Source: Candidatus Nomurabacteria bacterium (GTDB lineage Bacteria > Patescibacteriota > Minisyncoccia > Phycocordibacterales > UBA5272). From it: a stretch of 33,402 nt of DNA. This document shows, one piece after another, positions 1 through 11,048 of this stretch. Position 1 is the stretch's first letter, and the number at the start of each line of letters is the position of its first letter. The stretch lies in contig JBEIQD010000001.1 of assembly GCA_040376695.1 (NCBI GenBank), positions 283,029-316,430 of the forward strand, read 5' to 3'. Under the pieces are notes generated by a model, which ran no database searches, had not been told where the DNA came from, and saw only the letters and a list, made by a program, of their open reading frames with translations. A program made the translations under genes and the position numbers.

Positions 1-279
1 TACGGATGTCTCACTTTGCTCGATTGCTACACTATAAAACCCTTCACTCTCTAACCTCTCCAAAGCCTGAACAGTTGATTCAATGTATTCCCACGCAACA
101 GTATCCTCAGCACCGAGCGCGACTTTCGCAAAATCTTTTCTTCGTAAACCTTTCTTGTCCAAAGGTGTGGGGGTTATGCCGCACAAAATAATCTTTTCAA
201 TGCCTACCGCGTTTGCAGTGCGGAAAATAGACCCCACATTGTAGACACTGCGAATATTATCAAGTACTGCAACTTTCAT
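1..279 (-). CDS. TrmH/SpoU-family (SPOUT) RNA methyltransferase, 3' end outside window
   Basis: Not in the ORF track. Manual translation from ATG at 279 gives MKVAVLDNIRSVYNVGSIFRTANAVGIEKIILCGITPTP...KVALGAE...VAIEQ, which contains SpoU motif 1 (LDNIRSxxNVGSIFRTA). The frame is open to the window edge. Confidence 0.9.
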   Translation of the reverse strand, partial: MKVAVLDNIRSVYNVGSIFRTANAVGIEKIILCGITPTPLDKKGLRRKDFAKVALGAEDTVAWEYIESTVQALERLESEGFYSVAIEQSETSV

Positions 280-304
280 GCCCTTATGCTACCACGCGAA
301 TAGA

Positions 305-1090
305 TTAAGCTCTCAATTTCCAGCCTGTTGTGAATATCCAAACACAAACACCAAGCGCAATTACAGAAAGAGAACCTAGGACTCCAACCCCCAGTAAAAG
401 AGATGCTTCATGGTATCCAGTTAGTGCATAACGAATTCCATCAACAACGTAGAAGATTGGGTTGAAGTGAACAATAAACTGCCACTTCTCTGGGAGCATG
501 GTGATTGAGTAGAAAGCGCCACCAAGGAATGAAAGTGGTGTAAGAATAAAGTTTGTTACGAAACCAAATTTCTCAAAATTATTATCCGCCCAAATTCCCG
601 CTATCACACCGAGTAATCCGAACAGAACACTAGCAAGTAACACATAGCCCGCAAGAATCAGAGGATGAGCTAAATCGTTTACCCCAAAAGCTACAGCTAC
701 CAATGAGAGTGCAAGTGTAATCGCAATAGCTCGAGCGATTCCACCGAAGATAAGAGAAATAACCAACTCAGCATATGAAAGCGGAAGCGTTAGCATATCC
801 TCAATTGTCTTTTGAAACTTCATAAAGAAAATTGAAAACGATGTTGCTGAAAAAACTGCCATAACAAGGTTCATAGTAAAGATACCCGGAAAGACGAAAC
901 TAATATATTTTATTCCTTGAATAAGTTCAATCTTACTTCCAATAACATACCCGAATACAAAGATATAGAGAGATGCTGTTATGAGCGGCGTTATAATTGC
1001 TTGACCTATTACTCGCTTTGTTCGCCCAACTTCACGACGAACTAGTGTGTAAAATCCAGTCCAATTAAATGTAGAGATATTTTTTTTCAT
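305..1090 (-). CDS. ABC-2 type transporter permease (YadH-like)
   Basis: About six hydrophobic segments, FLGGAFYSITMLP and NPIFYVVDGIR motifs; adjacent to an ABC ATPase. Confidence 0.9.
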   Translation of the reverse strand: MKKNISTFNWTGFYTLVRREVGRTKRVIGQAIITPLITASLYIFVFGYVIGSKIELIQGIKYISFVFPGIFTMNLVMAVFSATSFSIFFMKFQKTIEDMLTLPLSYAELVISLIFGGIARAIAITLALSLVAVAFGVNDLAHPLILAGYVLLASVLFGLLGVIAGIWADNNFEKFGFVTNFILTPLSFLGGAFYSITMLPEKWQFIVHFNPIFYVVDGIRYALTGYHEASLLLGVGVLGSLSVIALGVCVWIFTTGWKLRA

Positions 1091-1095
1091 ATATG

Positions 1096-1830
1096 TTAAG
1101 CAATGTGCCCTACCGCCTCTAAATACACTTTTTCCAGACTCTTATCTTCAGTTAGTTTCTTGACACTGTCATCCATAAGAATCATTCCATCCTTAATAAT
1201 AGCCACACGCTCACACAGCGCCTCCACCTCTTCCAGATAATGAGAAGTTAATACTAATGTTTTTCCACTAGCGTGAAGTTCTCTAAGAAATTTCCACAAT
1301 GCCTGACGTGTCTCAACATCAACTCCCGCTGTAGGTTCATCTAAGATGAGAACATCGGGATCGTGCATCATCGCCTTAGCAAGTGTTGCTCGTCGCTTAA
1401 GTCCACCTGAAAGAAACTGAAACTTCTTATCTCGATGAGAGATAAGATCAAACTTCTTTAACATTTCCTCTCGACGTTCTTTCATTTCAGATCCGATGAT
1501 TCCAAAAAACCCAGCTTGGTAATCAAGTATTTCATCAATGGTCTGAAATGCATCAATATTAAACTCTTGTGGAGAAAGTCCTACACTTGCTCGCGCCGCT
1601 CTGTAGTCAGTAACCACATCATGCCCCATAACAAGAATCTTTCCTTCTGTTGGTGAAGAAATACCAGTGATACAACTAATTGTTGTCGTTTTTCCTGCAC
1701 CGTTTGGACCAAGTAGTCCAAAAAATTGTCCCTTTGGAATTTCCAGATTAATACCGTGAAGGATTTCTTTACCCCCTTTCTTATCTCTATATGTTTTCTT
1801 TAGGTTTTCTATAGCAATAGCATTTTTCAT
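1096..1830 (-). CDS. ABC transporter ATP-binding protein (YadG-like)
   Basis: Walker A GPNGAGKTT, signature LSGG, Walker B LILDEPT, H-loop SHY. Confidence 0.95.
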   Translation of the reverse strand: MKNAIAIENLKKTYRDKKGGKEILHGINLEIPKGQFFGLLGPNGAGKTTTISCITGISSPTEGKILVMGHDVVTDYRAARASVGLSPQEFNIDAFQTIDEILDYQAGFFGIIGSEMKERREEMLKKFDLISHRDKKFQFLSGGLKRRATLAKAMMHDPDVLILDEPTAGVDVETRQALWKFLRELHASGKTLVLTSHYLEEVEALCERVAIIKDGMILMDDSVKKLTEDKSLEKVYLEAVGHIA

Positions 1831-1843
1831 ACGGTTGTAGTTT

Positions 1844-2365
1844 TTATGACGTAGTAGGGTGCATACTCATGTCACCAATAAATAATGATTTAGTAACCGG
1901 AACACCTTTCGCACGCAAAATATCATATGCAGTTACAGTATGGAAAAATAAATTAGCTGACGCAAATTCATCTACAAAATCTTTTCCAAGCATATGTGTT
2001 CCTTGGAACCACGGCAATGTAATTGCGCGAGTATCGGCATCAACAAAATCAGATACTGTAAATGATTCAACCACCGCAAGAGATTTGCTAATGCGTTCCT
2101 TCAAGTCTGCAATAGTTGTTTCGGTGTCTGTCATAGCCACCGGCTCCTTACCTGAAAGACGAGCTAAATTCTTGCGACCGTTATCAGTGGCGATCTGAAT
2201 CTGTTTTGTAAAATCAAACATGTCTGGATATAACTTAGCACTAAGAAGTTCAGATTCTGGAATTCCTTTTTCCTTTGCATATACTTCGGCTGCGTCCAAA
2301 ATACGAGAAAGCGTCATGAGAGTACGCTTCGTCGTTGTTAATAAAAGTTCGTATTTGTTGTTCAT
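1844..2365 (-). CDS. DUF1993 family protein (DinB-like helical bundle)
   Basis: Motifs LYPDMFDFTKQIQIATD and NLFFHTVTAYDILRAKGV. Confidence 0.85.
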   Translation of the reverse strand: MNNKYELLLTTTKRTLMTLSRILDAAEVYAKEKGIPESELLSAKLYPDMFDFTKQIQIATDNGRKNLARLSGKEPVAMTDTETTIADLKERISKSLAVVESFTVSDFVDADTRAITLPWFQGTHMLGKDFVDEFASANLFFHTVTAYDILRAKGVPVTKSLFIGDMSMHPTTS

Positions 2366-2405
2366 GCTATTTTAATAGTTAGTATGCTAAGTATAGCACA
2401 AGCTG

Positions 2406-2492
2406 CGGAGGCGGAGAGATTCGAACTCTCGAACAGGTTACCCCGTTGCTACCTTTCCAAGGTAGTGCACTAGACCACTATGCGACGCTTCC
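2406..2492 (-). tRNA. tRNA-Ser(GGA)
   Basis: Reverse complement GGAAGCGTCGCATAGTGGTCTAGTGCACTACC-TTGGAAA-GGTAG...GAGAGTTCGAATCTCTCCGCCTCCG; long variable arm; CCA not encoded. Confidence 0.95.
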
Positions 2493-2501
2493 TTCTCTTA
2501 T

Positions 2502-2717
2502 TTATGCATTAGAAATCTTAGCATACTCATGCTTCTTTTCAACGAAGAAATAGATAACCCCTCCAATAAGAGGAATCCCTACGATCAATACTATCCACCA
2601 ATACTTATCTGCTTTTGCAGCGTCTACCGCCATCCACAGGATGAAAGAGATTCCTAAAATACAGATAATGTTTGCGATTGCGAATACAAGAACTCCGATA
2701 AAAATAGCAAGAGACAT
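2502..2717 (-). CDS. Small two-TM membrane protein (PLDc_N-like)
   Basis: LWMAVDAAK...KYWWIVLIVGIPLIGGVIYFF pattern. Confidence 0.7.
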   Translation of the reverse strand: MSLAIFIGVLVFAIANIICILGISFILWMAVDAAKADKYWWIVLIVGIPLIGGVIYFFVEKKHEYAKISNA

Positions 2718-2753
2718 AATGAAAATGATTAATGTATACCTAGAAGTATACCA

Positions 2754-3674
2754 CTAACCATTTTTGCGTCCGACGAGTCTTTCAACGCGTTCAGCAACTG
2801 GAGGATGTGTCATAAACATTTTTGTAATCCAAGAAACCTTCTCATGTTCTCGTAGTTCAGATTCATCGTTAACCCCTGACGGATCAGAGATAAAGAGGTG
2901 AGCAATTGCATTATGTTGTACACGCATTGGCTGATGAAAGTTAGCGATTTTCTGGAGAGCAGAAGCTAATCCTTCTGGGTATCGAGTAATCAATGCGCCT
3001 GTTGCATCAGCTAAGAATTCTCGCTCACGAGAAATTGCGAGTTTGATAATTGTTGCTGCAATCGGCGCTAAAATAATTGCAAAAATACCAAGCACTAAAA
3101 AGATTGGATTCTTCTTATCATCGCCCCCTCCTCCAAACATTGAAGCTCGAAGAGCAAAATCTGCAACAAAAGAAATAAGTCCAGCAAACACCACAACTAC
3201 TGTACTTACTAACATGTCTCTATTTCCTATATGAGAAAGCTCGTGAGCAAGCACTCCTTCAAGTTCTGACTTATTAAGAAGTGGTAGAAGTCCTGTTGTA
3301 ACCGCAACAACTGCTTTTTCTTTATTACGCCCTGTAGCAAAAGCGTTTGGTGCAGGATCATCGATAACATAGAGCGCAGGCATTGGGAGTCCTGCTGTTA
3401 TACAAAGATTCTCCATAGTGTTCCAAAACTCTGGGTACTGATCTTTAGATTCAATACGAGTAGCGTTGGCCATTGAAAGCACCAGCTTGTCTGAAAACCA
3501 GTACGCTGAAATATTAAGGAAGATACTAATAAAGATGGCGATGTAAAGCAGATTTGGATTTCCATACAAGAAGGAAAGCGTAAACCCGATGACGATAATA
3601 AAGAGTAGGAACCCTGTTAAAAGGAACCATGTCTTTCTAATATTTGACGCCTGATGAGAATAGAGAGTAGCCAT
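2754..3674 (-). CDS. htpX: HtpX / M48 family membrane zinc metalloprotease
   Basis: PNAFATGR, HELSH zinc motif, SREREFLAD, THPP; downstream of lemA. Confidence 0.92.
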   Translation of the reverse strand: MATLYSHQASNIRKTWFLLTGFLLFIIVIGFTLSFLYGNPNLLYIAIFISIFLNISAYWFSDKLVLSMANATRIESKDQYPEFWNTMENLCITAGLPMPALYVIDDPAPNAFATGRNKEKAVVAVTTGLLPLLNKSELEGVLAHELSHIGNRDMLVSTVVVVFAGLISFVADFALRASMFGGGGDDKKNPIFLVLGIFAIILAPIAATIIKLAISREREFLADATGALITRYPEGLASALQKIANFHQPMRVQHNAIAHLFISDPSGVNDESELREHEKVSWITKMFMTHPPVAERVERLVGRKNG

Positions 3675-3730
3675 AATAGATAGAGATAACCAATAAACTA
3701 GTATCTGTAACTAATAGAGTAAGTTGGTAT

Positions 3731-4291
3731 TTAGAATTTTACTTCAACAGGATTGCGAGCGGACTGATCTTCCGCTCCAAGTTCAAAGAATTCAGATTCC
3801 TGGAAACCAAACATCTTAGCAAAAATATTTGTAGGGACAGTCTGAACTTTTGTATTGTATTCAGTAACAACTCCGTTATAGAAACGGCGAGCAGCCTGAA
3901 TTTTGTTCTCAGTGTCTGAAAGTTCATTCTGAAGAGCAATGAAATTCTGGTTTGACTTAAGATCAGGATAACTTTCCGCAAGTGCAAAGAATCCAGTAAG
4001 CGCGCCGCGCATAGCCATGTCAGCCTCTCCAGCGGTTGCTGGTGTATGTGCTTCCATTCCACGACTACGTGCCTGGATAACTTTCTCAAGTGTAGAACTT
4101 TCGAAATTTGTTGATCCTTTTACTGTGTTTACAAGGTTTGGAATAAGATCAAAACGACGCTTAAACTGAACCTCAATATCTGACCAAGCTTCCTTCACAC
4201 GCATGCGCGCAGTAACAAGCCCGTTATAAATAGCAATAACGATGATAACGAGAACCGCAATAATACCAATTCCAATATATAGTGGTGACAT
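3731..4291 (-). CDS. lemA: LemA family protein
   Basis: N-terminal TM helix, AWSDIEVQFKRRFDLIPNLV, ESYPDLKSNQNF, ARRFYN. Start moved to ATG 4291 (186 aa). Confidence 0.93.
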   Translation of the reverse strand: MSPLYIGIGIIAVLVIIVIAIYNGLVTARMRVKEAWSDIEVQFKRRFDLIPNLVNTVKGSTNFESSTLEKVIQARSRGMEAHTPATAGEADMAMRGALTGFFALAESYPDLKSNQNFIALQNELSDTENKIQAARRFYNGVVTEYNTKVQTVPTNIFAKMFGFQESEFFELGAEDQSARNPVEVKF

Positions 4292-4472
4292 AAATCTAAA
4301 GTAAATGTCTCCTAGCGTTCGGACGTATCTGTGTTCACGTCTAGGAGGTATATTCATAGTACAAAACCTGGGGCCTATGTCAAGGAAAGAAATTTGACTC
4401 CAATACCCCAGATGTGTTGAGATTTCTTGATTTACTCTTATCATAAAAAGGTTTTTCTGGTAGTATTAAAAG

Positions 4473-6230
4473 ATGTCAACTTCAACAGATTACCTATCCG
4501 CCAAGCGTCACAGCCTAGCCCACGTGCTCCTTATGGCCGTAAAGCACCATTACCCTCACGCCCTCCCTACTATTGGCCCTGTTATTGAAAATGGTTTCTA
4601 TTATGACTTCGATTTTGGAACATCTGGAAAGCCAGGGTTAGAGGATCTTGAGAAGATAGAAAAAACTATGCAGGAAGTCGTAGCGCAAAACCTAGCGTTT
4701 CGTCACGAAGAAGTCACAGCAGACCAAGCTCGAGGATATTTTGAAGTAAATCCTTACAAGAAAGAGCTCGTCGATGGACTTGAAAAAGATGGGAAAACTA
4801 TCACTCTCTACTACACGGGAGATGATTTCTTTGATCTTTGTGTCGGAGGCCACACAGAAACTACAGGCGAGATTGCTACTGGAAGTTTCAAATTAGATAA
4901 AATTGCTGGAGCTTACTGGCGAGGAGATGAAAAAAACGCAATGCTTACTCGTATCTACGGATTGGCATTCGACACAAAAGAAGAGCTTGACGCCTACCTA
5001 ATCCAACAAGAAGAAGCGAAGAAGCGAGATCACCGAATACTAGGTAAACAACTTAAACTTTTCACCTTTAGTGAGCTTGTTGGTCCTGGTCTTCCATTAT
5101 GGACTCCACGAGGAACGATTATCCGTGAAGAGCTTAATGATTTTGTGTGGTCACTACGAAAGAAGCAAGGTTTCCAAAAAGTAACAATCCCTCATATCAC
5201 CAAGAAAGATTTGTACGAGAAAAGTGGTCACTGGGCAAAATATGCCGAAGATCTTTTTAAGATTGATACTCGAGACGGTCATACGTTCTGCATGAAGCCG
5301 ATGAACTGCCCACATCACGCACAAATATATGCAAGTGAAATGAGATCATACAGAGAACTCCCTCTTCGATTTTCAGAAACTACGATGGTATACCGCGACG
5401 AACAGTCAGGTGAACTCTCTGGTCTTGCTCGTGTTCTTTCTATTACTCAGGATGATGCTCACGTATTTTGTCGAGAGTCACAAATAGAAGAAGAAGTTGG
5501 TAAAGTGTGGGATATTATTTCAACATTTTATAGCACATTTGGATTTACTCTTATTCCGCGATTCTCTAGACGAGACCCTGCAACTCCAGAAAAATTCATG
5601 GGGACGGAAGAAACATGGAACAAAGCAGAAGGGGCAATTAAAAATACACTTGAAGCACGAGGCTCCACTAATTGGATAGACGGTTTGGGGGAGGCCGCAT
5701 TTTACGGACCAAAGATAGACTTCATGGCGAAAGATTCTATTGGACGCACCTGGCAAGTTGCAACCATTCAGTTGGACTTCGTGCAGCCTTCAAACTTTGG
5801 ACTTGAATTTGTTAATGAAGAAGGGAAACGTGAACAACCTGTCATGATTCACTGTGCAATCATGGGTTCAATCGAACGATTTATGTCTACACTTATTGAA
5901 CATACAGCGGGTAACTTCCCTCTCTGGCTTTCACCTACTCAGATTTCTATTGTTCCAATTGCAGAAGCGCACCATGAATACGCAAAGAATGTACAAGCAA
6001 CACTTCAAGATGCTGACATCCGAGTAGAAGCTGATATCTCAAAAGAAGGACTCGGCAAGAAAATACGCGCAGCCCGAGAAATGAAAACTCCCTACTGGGC
6101 AGTAATTGGAGATGCTGAAATTGCGAATGGCACAGTAACACTTGAACATCGAACAGAAGGAAAGATTGGAGAAATAAAAATTGAAGAACTACTTTCAAAA
6201 CTGATAGAAGAAATAAAGAATAAGAAATAA
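4473..6230 (+). CDS. thrS: Threonine--tRNA ligase (no N-terminal TGS domain)
   Basis: RHSLAH and DLCVGGH editing motifs, AYWRGD, RDHR, KPMNCP, class II motifs, C-terminal anticodon-binding domain. Confidence 0.98.
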   Translation: MSTSTDYLSAKRHSLAHVLLMAVKHHYPHALPTIGPVIENGFYYDFDFGTSGKPGLEDLEKIEKTMQEVVAQNLAFRHEEVTADQARGYFEVNPYKKELVDGLEKDGKTITLYYTGDDFFDLCVGGHTETTGEIATGSFKLDKIAGAYWRGDEKNAMLTRIYGLAFDTKEELDAYLIQQEEAKKRDHRILGKQLKLFTFSELVGPGLPLWTPRGTIIREELNDFVWSLRKKQGFQKVTIPHITKKDLYEKSGHWAKYAEDLFKIDTRDGHTFCMKPMNCPHHAQIYASEMRSYRELPLRFSETTMVYRDEQSGELSGLARVLSITQDDAHVFCRESQIEEEVGKVWDIISTFYSTFGFTLIPRFSRRDPATPEKFMGTEETWNKAEGAIKNTLEARGSTNWIDGLGEAAFYGPKIDFMAKDSIGRTWQVATIQLDFVQPSNFGLEFVNEEGKREQPVMIHCAIMGSIERFMSTLIEHTAGNFPLWLSPTQISIVPIAEAHHEYAKNVQATLQDADIRVEADISKEGLGKKIRAAREMKTPYWAVIGDAEIANGTVTLEHRTEGKIGEIKIEELLSKLIEEIKNKK

Positions 6231-6314
6231 AGGGTTCTCAACCCTTTTTAACTCCTCGGTTCGGAAGTGTAAAAGAGTACTTTTCCACTTCTCTCACTCT
6301 ACGTCATTAATAAG

Positions 6315-6340
6315 AAAAGCCCCGCAATGCGGGGCTTTTT
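6315..6340. terminator. Bidirectional intrinsic terminator between convergent thrS and orphan ORF
   Basis: AAAAGCCCCGCA-A-TGCGGGGCTTTTT inverted repeat with A/T tails. Confidence 0.85.
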
Positions 6341-6351
6341 CAATGCTGAAG

Positions 6352-6888
6352 TTAGGCAGAGATAAAAACTGGAGCCATGTCTTTTGACCACTCCTCAAAC
6401 AGCTCTCGTAGCTCCTTCGCTTTTTTGATGTTTGGAAGGTTTCCTCCTAACCGTTTAAAATGAACAGTATCCGAAATATACTTCGGACGATTTGGGTGCG
6501 GTGGTCGACAGACAGGATAGATAAACCCCGGCTTACAACCAAGAGGAAGTACGTCGATAATGGTGTTTGATTCTTTATGCAGCAACCATGAATGAGGTAT
6601 CTGTTTCATCATCACAGGAAGTTGGACAGACCCCGGCGTGAGAGAAGTCAACCGATGAGGCTTCCAGCCCTCTTCAAAGATTGATCCCTCCATAACTGGA
6701 ACAACATCAACAAGGAATCCATGACATGCTGTAAGCAATCTAGGAAACATTGTTTCAAATGCGCACACCAGAAGATGGACATCCAGATACTCGGGCAGTG
6801 GTGACTCACGATGCTTTACATACAACCTATCAATGACTACCAGAACTTGCCCATAGAGGACTTCACCTTTTTCAAGAACATTATTCAT
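6352..6888 (-). CDS. Hypothetical protein (178 aa)
   Basis: Long ORF; ATG 6888 preceded by AAAGGT and by a sigma70-like promoter. The TTG at 6951 used by the track is actually the -35 box. Confidence 0.7.
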   Translation of the reverse strand: MNNVLEKGEVLYGQVLVVIDRLYVKHRESPLPEYLDVHLLVCAFETMFPRLLTACHGFLVDVVPVMEGSIFEEGWKPHRLTSLTPGSVQLPVMMKQIPHSWLLHKESNTIIDVLPLGCKPGFIYPVCRPPHPNRPKYISDTVHFKRLGGNLPNIKKAKELRELFEEWSKDMAPVFISA

Positions 6889-6922
6889 ACATACCTTTAT
6901 AGTAAAAGTTACAGCTGCCCTG

Positions 6923-6951
6923 ATACTAATCCTTAGCATGTCCGCAGTCAA
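6923..6951 (-). promoter_or_regulatory. Sigma70-type promoter
   Basis: TTGACT-N17-TAGTAT on the minus strand. Confidence 0.65.
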
Positions 6952-6953
6952 GC

Positions 6954-6984
6954 AAAAGAAAAAGCAAGCGACGAGCGCTTGCTT
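6954..6984 (-). terminator. Intrinsic terminator after the 58-aa ORF
   Basis: AAGCAAGCG-N5-CGCTTGCTT stem followed by a U-rich tail on the minus strand. Confidence 0.7.
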
Positions 6985-7007
6985 GCGAATGCCAAAGCAT
7001 CCAATTG

Positions 7008-7184
7008 TTACAGACAGATTTTGCCAGATTCCTGCTGCCCCCTGTTAATGAGGCGCAGAACTGGCGACATGCCGCCTTGCTGTTGTTGATGTTGCTGCTG
7101 CGGTCCTCTCCATGCCGTTTTCGGCTGATTGTCATCATTCGCAGCAACGGGTGCTGGTTTTTTTACTTGAGCTTGAAGGCTCAT
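7008..7184 (-). CDS. Small Gln-rich hypothetical protein (58 aa)
   Basis: GGAG 6 nt before ATG 7184, extended -10 TGGTAGTAT upstream, terminator downstream. Confidence 0.55.
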   Translation of the reverse strand: MSLQAQVKKPAPVAANDDNQPKTAWRGPQQQHQQQQGGMSPVLRLINRGQQESGKICL

Positions 7185-7242
7185 AAGGAACTCCAATGTT
7201 TGTTTACAAGACTTAAAATACTACCACATTTTTAGGTAAATG

Positions 7243-7272
7243 AAAAGGCCGACACATATGTGTCGGCCTTTT
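7243..7272. terminator. Perfect 30-bp palindrome / intrinsic terminator
   Basis: AAAAGGCCGACACAT|ATGTGTCGGCCTTTT. Confidence 0.8.
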
Positions 7273-7289
7273 TGATTTGATGACGCCAG

Positions 7290-7595
7290 CTATGCGTCGT
7301 TGTTGGGATGTGCGGGGTCTGTTGGACCCTGTCCAAAAGATACCCCCCGCAAAACCTGCTCGTCTTTGGGAAGGAAGCTTTCATCGCTGAGCACTTGACC
7401 CGAACCAACAGTCACCCCCTCACCTTCATCGTTCCCGTCTGGAGACGGTTGATGGAGACGAACAGTTTTTGGCGCTGCCTGCTGTGGTTGAGTCAGCGGT
7501 AATACTTTGAATCCTGGAATCTTGCTGACTGCCCCAGAAAAGAGTGCCACGTCTGCAGCGCTACCGAAAACGCCAATTACTCTGTCTTTTTTCAA
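7290..7595 (-). CDS. Hypothetical protein (101 aa, probably disordered C-terminus)
   Basis: TAAGGAG followed by a TTG start, consensus promoter upstream, terminator downstream. Confidence 0.6.
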   Translation of the reverse strand: MKKDRVIGVFGSAADVALFSGAVSKIPGFKVLPLTQPQQAAPKTVRLHQPSPDGNDEGEGVTVGSGQVLSDESFLPKDEQVLRGVSFGQGPTDPAHPNNDA

Positions 7596-7640
7596 GATGA
7601 AACTCCTTATTGTGTAGGAATTGAAAAAACTTACTTTTTT

Positions 7641-7669
7641 ATAGTACCAACTTTATCTACCATTGTCAA
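7641..7669 (-). promoter_or_regulatory. Near-consensus sigma70 promoter
   Basis: TTGACA-N17-TACTAT with TG extension. Confidence 0.75.
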
Positions 7670-7671
7670 TA

Positions 7672-8187
7672 TTACTCCTCTATCGAATATTTTTTGTGAA
7701 GCGTGACAGGAAGCCCAGCTGCAACAGATTTATCAATCGTGTCTTGAGTTCCAGTAGAATTATTTACCTGAAACGCATAGACCTCATCTGAAATAGCAAC
7801 TTCCTCGTTATGACGGAGGTTGTAGTGATCTTGCGTGATTTCATTCTCAAAAGGCATTTCAACAAGATGATCAGGCTGAATAGTTTTCAAACGAAGAAGT
7901 AATTCCTGCAACTCGATAATGGTCGCCTTGGTAACAGGAAGCTTGCACCAGTTTGTGTTGTAATCCAGAACATAGTTCTCGAGGTGTGTTGGAATGATCA
8001 CCTTCAGCGATGCCCCTGTTGGGTCACACATAAGCGCTTCATCCATCGCGAAATAGTCCACTCCTGTCGCTCCACCTGTTACGATTCCATCCCCGCGCTC
8101 TATTACCTGACGCGCAGCAGCACGCACTTCTCGTTCAACGTTTTCATCCGTTAATCTCCATGTTCCTGTAAAGAGTATCCATTTCAT
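7672..8187 (-). CDS. SLOG-superfamily (DprA/Smf/YspA-like Rossmann fold) protein
   Basis: ILFTGT, IVTGGATGVD, RH/RN-type motif, STGTQDTI. Confidence 0.75.
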   Translation of the reverse strand: MKWILFTGTWRLTDENVEREVRAAARQVIERGDGIVTGGATGVDYFAMDEALMCDPTGASLKVIIPTHLENYVLDYNTNWCKLPVTKATIIELQELLLRLKTIQPDHLVEMPFENEITQDHYNLRHNEEVAISDEVYAFQVNNSTGTQDTIDKSVAAGLPVTLHKKYSIEE

Positions 8188-8270
8188 ATGTTTTCCTTAT
8201 GAGGGTAAGTGTATTATGGTTCAAAGAAACACTACAATAAAAATGTAAAACTGTCCATTAAAAGGAAACC

Positions 8271-10382
<2,112 letters not shown>

Positions 10383-10468
10383 TTAGCATGAACATGCGAG
10401 TGGAAAAACACTGTTTTTAGGCTTACAGATAAGGGTTATTTGTCCTTACGTCTCCATAAAAACATTCA

Positions 10469-10497
10469 TTGACTTTTAGTATAATTAATGTTATAAT
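10469..10497 (+). promoter_or_regulatory. Sigma70 promoter of the Nudix gene
   Basis: TTGACT-N17-TATAAT with TG extension; TAAGGAG SD downstream. Confidence 0.75.
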
Positions 10498-10530
10498 GTA
10501 TATAGTAATAACTTTAAGGAGACAGGCATC

Positions 10531-11031
10531 ATGTCTACTGAATACAATAGCTCTTTTGTCATCATGACCAACACCAAAGGAGAAATCCTCCTGAACCGAG
10601 ACGCCCGTGAGCACGAGCATGGCTTAGGCAAGCTCAACTACCCTGGCGGCGGCATAAGTATGGGTGAACACCCTGTCGAAGCAGCCGTAAGAGAAACAGG
10701 CGAAGAATCTGGGCGAGAAATCCTTGCACAGAATCTCACAATCGTGGGCATGTACACGATGCGGAAAAGTTACGGGATTGTGTTCCTGTATGCACATATG
10801 GAGCCAGTGGGTGAAGCACATCCACTGCACGAGTGCGACGAGGTTACTGAAAAGTGCTGGATACTGCCTGAGAAGGTCATCCAGCTGCCAGATACCGAAA
10901 TCTATCCGGCACAGCGCACACTCACACGCTACTACCTCCAGTGGTTACGCGATGGCCAGAAAAAGCAGGAAAGTGTTCAGTTCCTCTCGCCGCCTTTCGA
11001 AATTACAGGAAAGTATTTCGATGGTTTGTGA
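10531..11031 (+). CDS. Nudix hydrolase
   Basis: Nudix box GGISMGEHPVEAAVRETGEESG (GX5EX7REUXEEXG). Confidence 0.9.
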   Translation: MSTEYNSSFVIMTNTKGEILLNRDAREHEHGLGKLNYPGGGISMGEHPVEAAVRETGEESGREILAQNLTIVGMYTMRKSYGIVFLYAHMEPVGEAHPLHECDEVTEKCWILPEKVIQLPDTEIYPAQRTLTRYYLQWLRDGQKKQESVQFLSPPFEITGKYFDGL

Positions 11032-11048
11032 TTCAATTCATATCAAAC

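Noticed and set aside
6-191. 61-aa plus-strand ORF
   Set aside because: Shadow of the minus-strand SPOUT methyltransferase
4292-4444. N-terminal extensions given by the ORF track for LemA (likewise the NTP transferase, PheS, DUF3298 and the thioredoxin-like gene)
   Set aside because: They run through promoters, neighbouring genes, terminators or a tRNA; family-typical starts lie downstream
6950-7240. tmRNA gene, suggested by the AAND peptide
   Set aside because: No tRNA-like acceptor or T-arm ends, and the frame does not end in an ALAA-like tag
6315-7272. Integron attC sites or CRISPR repeats
   Set aside because: The hairpins differ in sequence, lack RYYYAAC/GTTRRRY ends and regular spacing, and no integrase or cas gene is present
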